A stretch of DNA of 64,000 bases from an uncultured Sphaerobacteraceae bacterium (GTDB taxonomy: Bacteria > Chloroflexota > Chloroflexia > Thermomicrobiales > UBA6265), in assembly GCA_964371945.1 (NCBI GenBank), contig CAYJPA010000003.1, positions 29,179 through 93,178 on the forward strand, read 5' to 3'. Below the pieces are notes generated by a model, which did no database searches, had not been told where the DNA came from, and saw only the letters and a program-made list of their open reading frames with translations. Position 1 is the first letter of the stretch; each line of letters begins with the position of its first letter. Shown here one piece after another: positions 63,927 to 64,000 of this stretch. The position numbers and the translations under genes were made by a program.

Positions 63927-63980
63927 AGCCGCTAGCCGCAAGCATTGTGCTTCAAGCCACAAGCTGCAAGCCGTAAGCGG
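63927..63980. repeat. Short intergenic element related to 34838..34885 (opposite orientation)
   Basis: gagccgctagccgcaagcattgtgcttcaagccacaagctgcaagccgtaagcgg shares ccgctagc and caagctgcaagcc with the reverse complement of 34838..34885. AAGC recurs with a 7-nt period. Confidence 0.55.
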
Positions 63981-64000
63981 TTCCATGTTCTCAGTCCCGG

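Noticed and set aside
1-64000. Search by eye for tRNA/rRNA genes, CRISPR repeats, IS elements/transposases, integrases and phage genes.
   Set aside because: None were recognised. Absence by eye is weak evidence for tRNAs and sRNAs, so tRNAscan-SE and Infernal should be run.

Overview
GC-rich bacterial chromosomal segment. GroES and the general gene content look Chloroflexota/Thermomicrobia-like, but that is a weak inference. I can support about 55 protein-coding genes or gene remnants. I recognised no rRNA, tRNA, CRISPR array, integrase or transposase. Many long ORFs in the track are antisense shadows typical of GC-rich DNA. Blocks, left to right: (1) a copper island, csoR <> copA-copZ-DUF305, where CopA carries an extra TM helix plus a C-terminal cupredoxin domain and the divergent promoter region holds three ATACC-N7-GGTAT boxes. 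It is followed by a frameshifted acidic repeat lipoprotein. (2) A lower-GC HEPN/MNT (HepT/MntA) toxin-antitoxin islet with an extra orphan mntA copy. (3) S9 peptidase-like gene, hyuB/hyuA, nitroreductase. (4) A 1500-aa membrane diguanylate cyclase with six GAF domains. (5) Secreted proteins, including two paralogous NTF2-like + cupredoxin-like proteins, and an orphan Tat-signal family-5 SBP. (6) An HTH/PIN TA pair, an ABC-2 exporter, an MMPL transporter, DinB, and a beta-helix surface protein. (7) A REC-PAS-GAF-PAS-GGDEF-EAL protein, SRAP, DUF1801, MlrC-like peptidase + aminotransferase. (8) A long minus-strand operon in which a split PEP-utilising (ATP-grasp subunit + swivel-His subunit) enzyme is translationally coupled to a DHA2 MFS exporter, followed by two sugar-ABC permeases. 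(9) GH172/DUF2961, an ANT(2'')-like nucleotidyltransferase, mutarotase, LysE. (10) A decaying region with three pseudogenes inactivated mostly by in-frame TAG/TGA codons (PAS-EAL sensor, acyl-CoA dehydrogenase, mazF), interleaved with intact genes and ParDE/MazE modules. (11) A perfect CIRCE operator and groES at the right edge. The most interesting candidates are the split phosphotransferase-efflux operon, the CopA-cupredoxin fusion with its operator array, the Cys/Asp cupredoxin-like paralog pair and the cluster of amber-interrupted genes. None can be proven from sequence alone.
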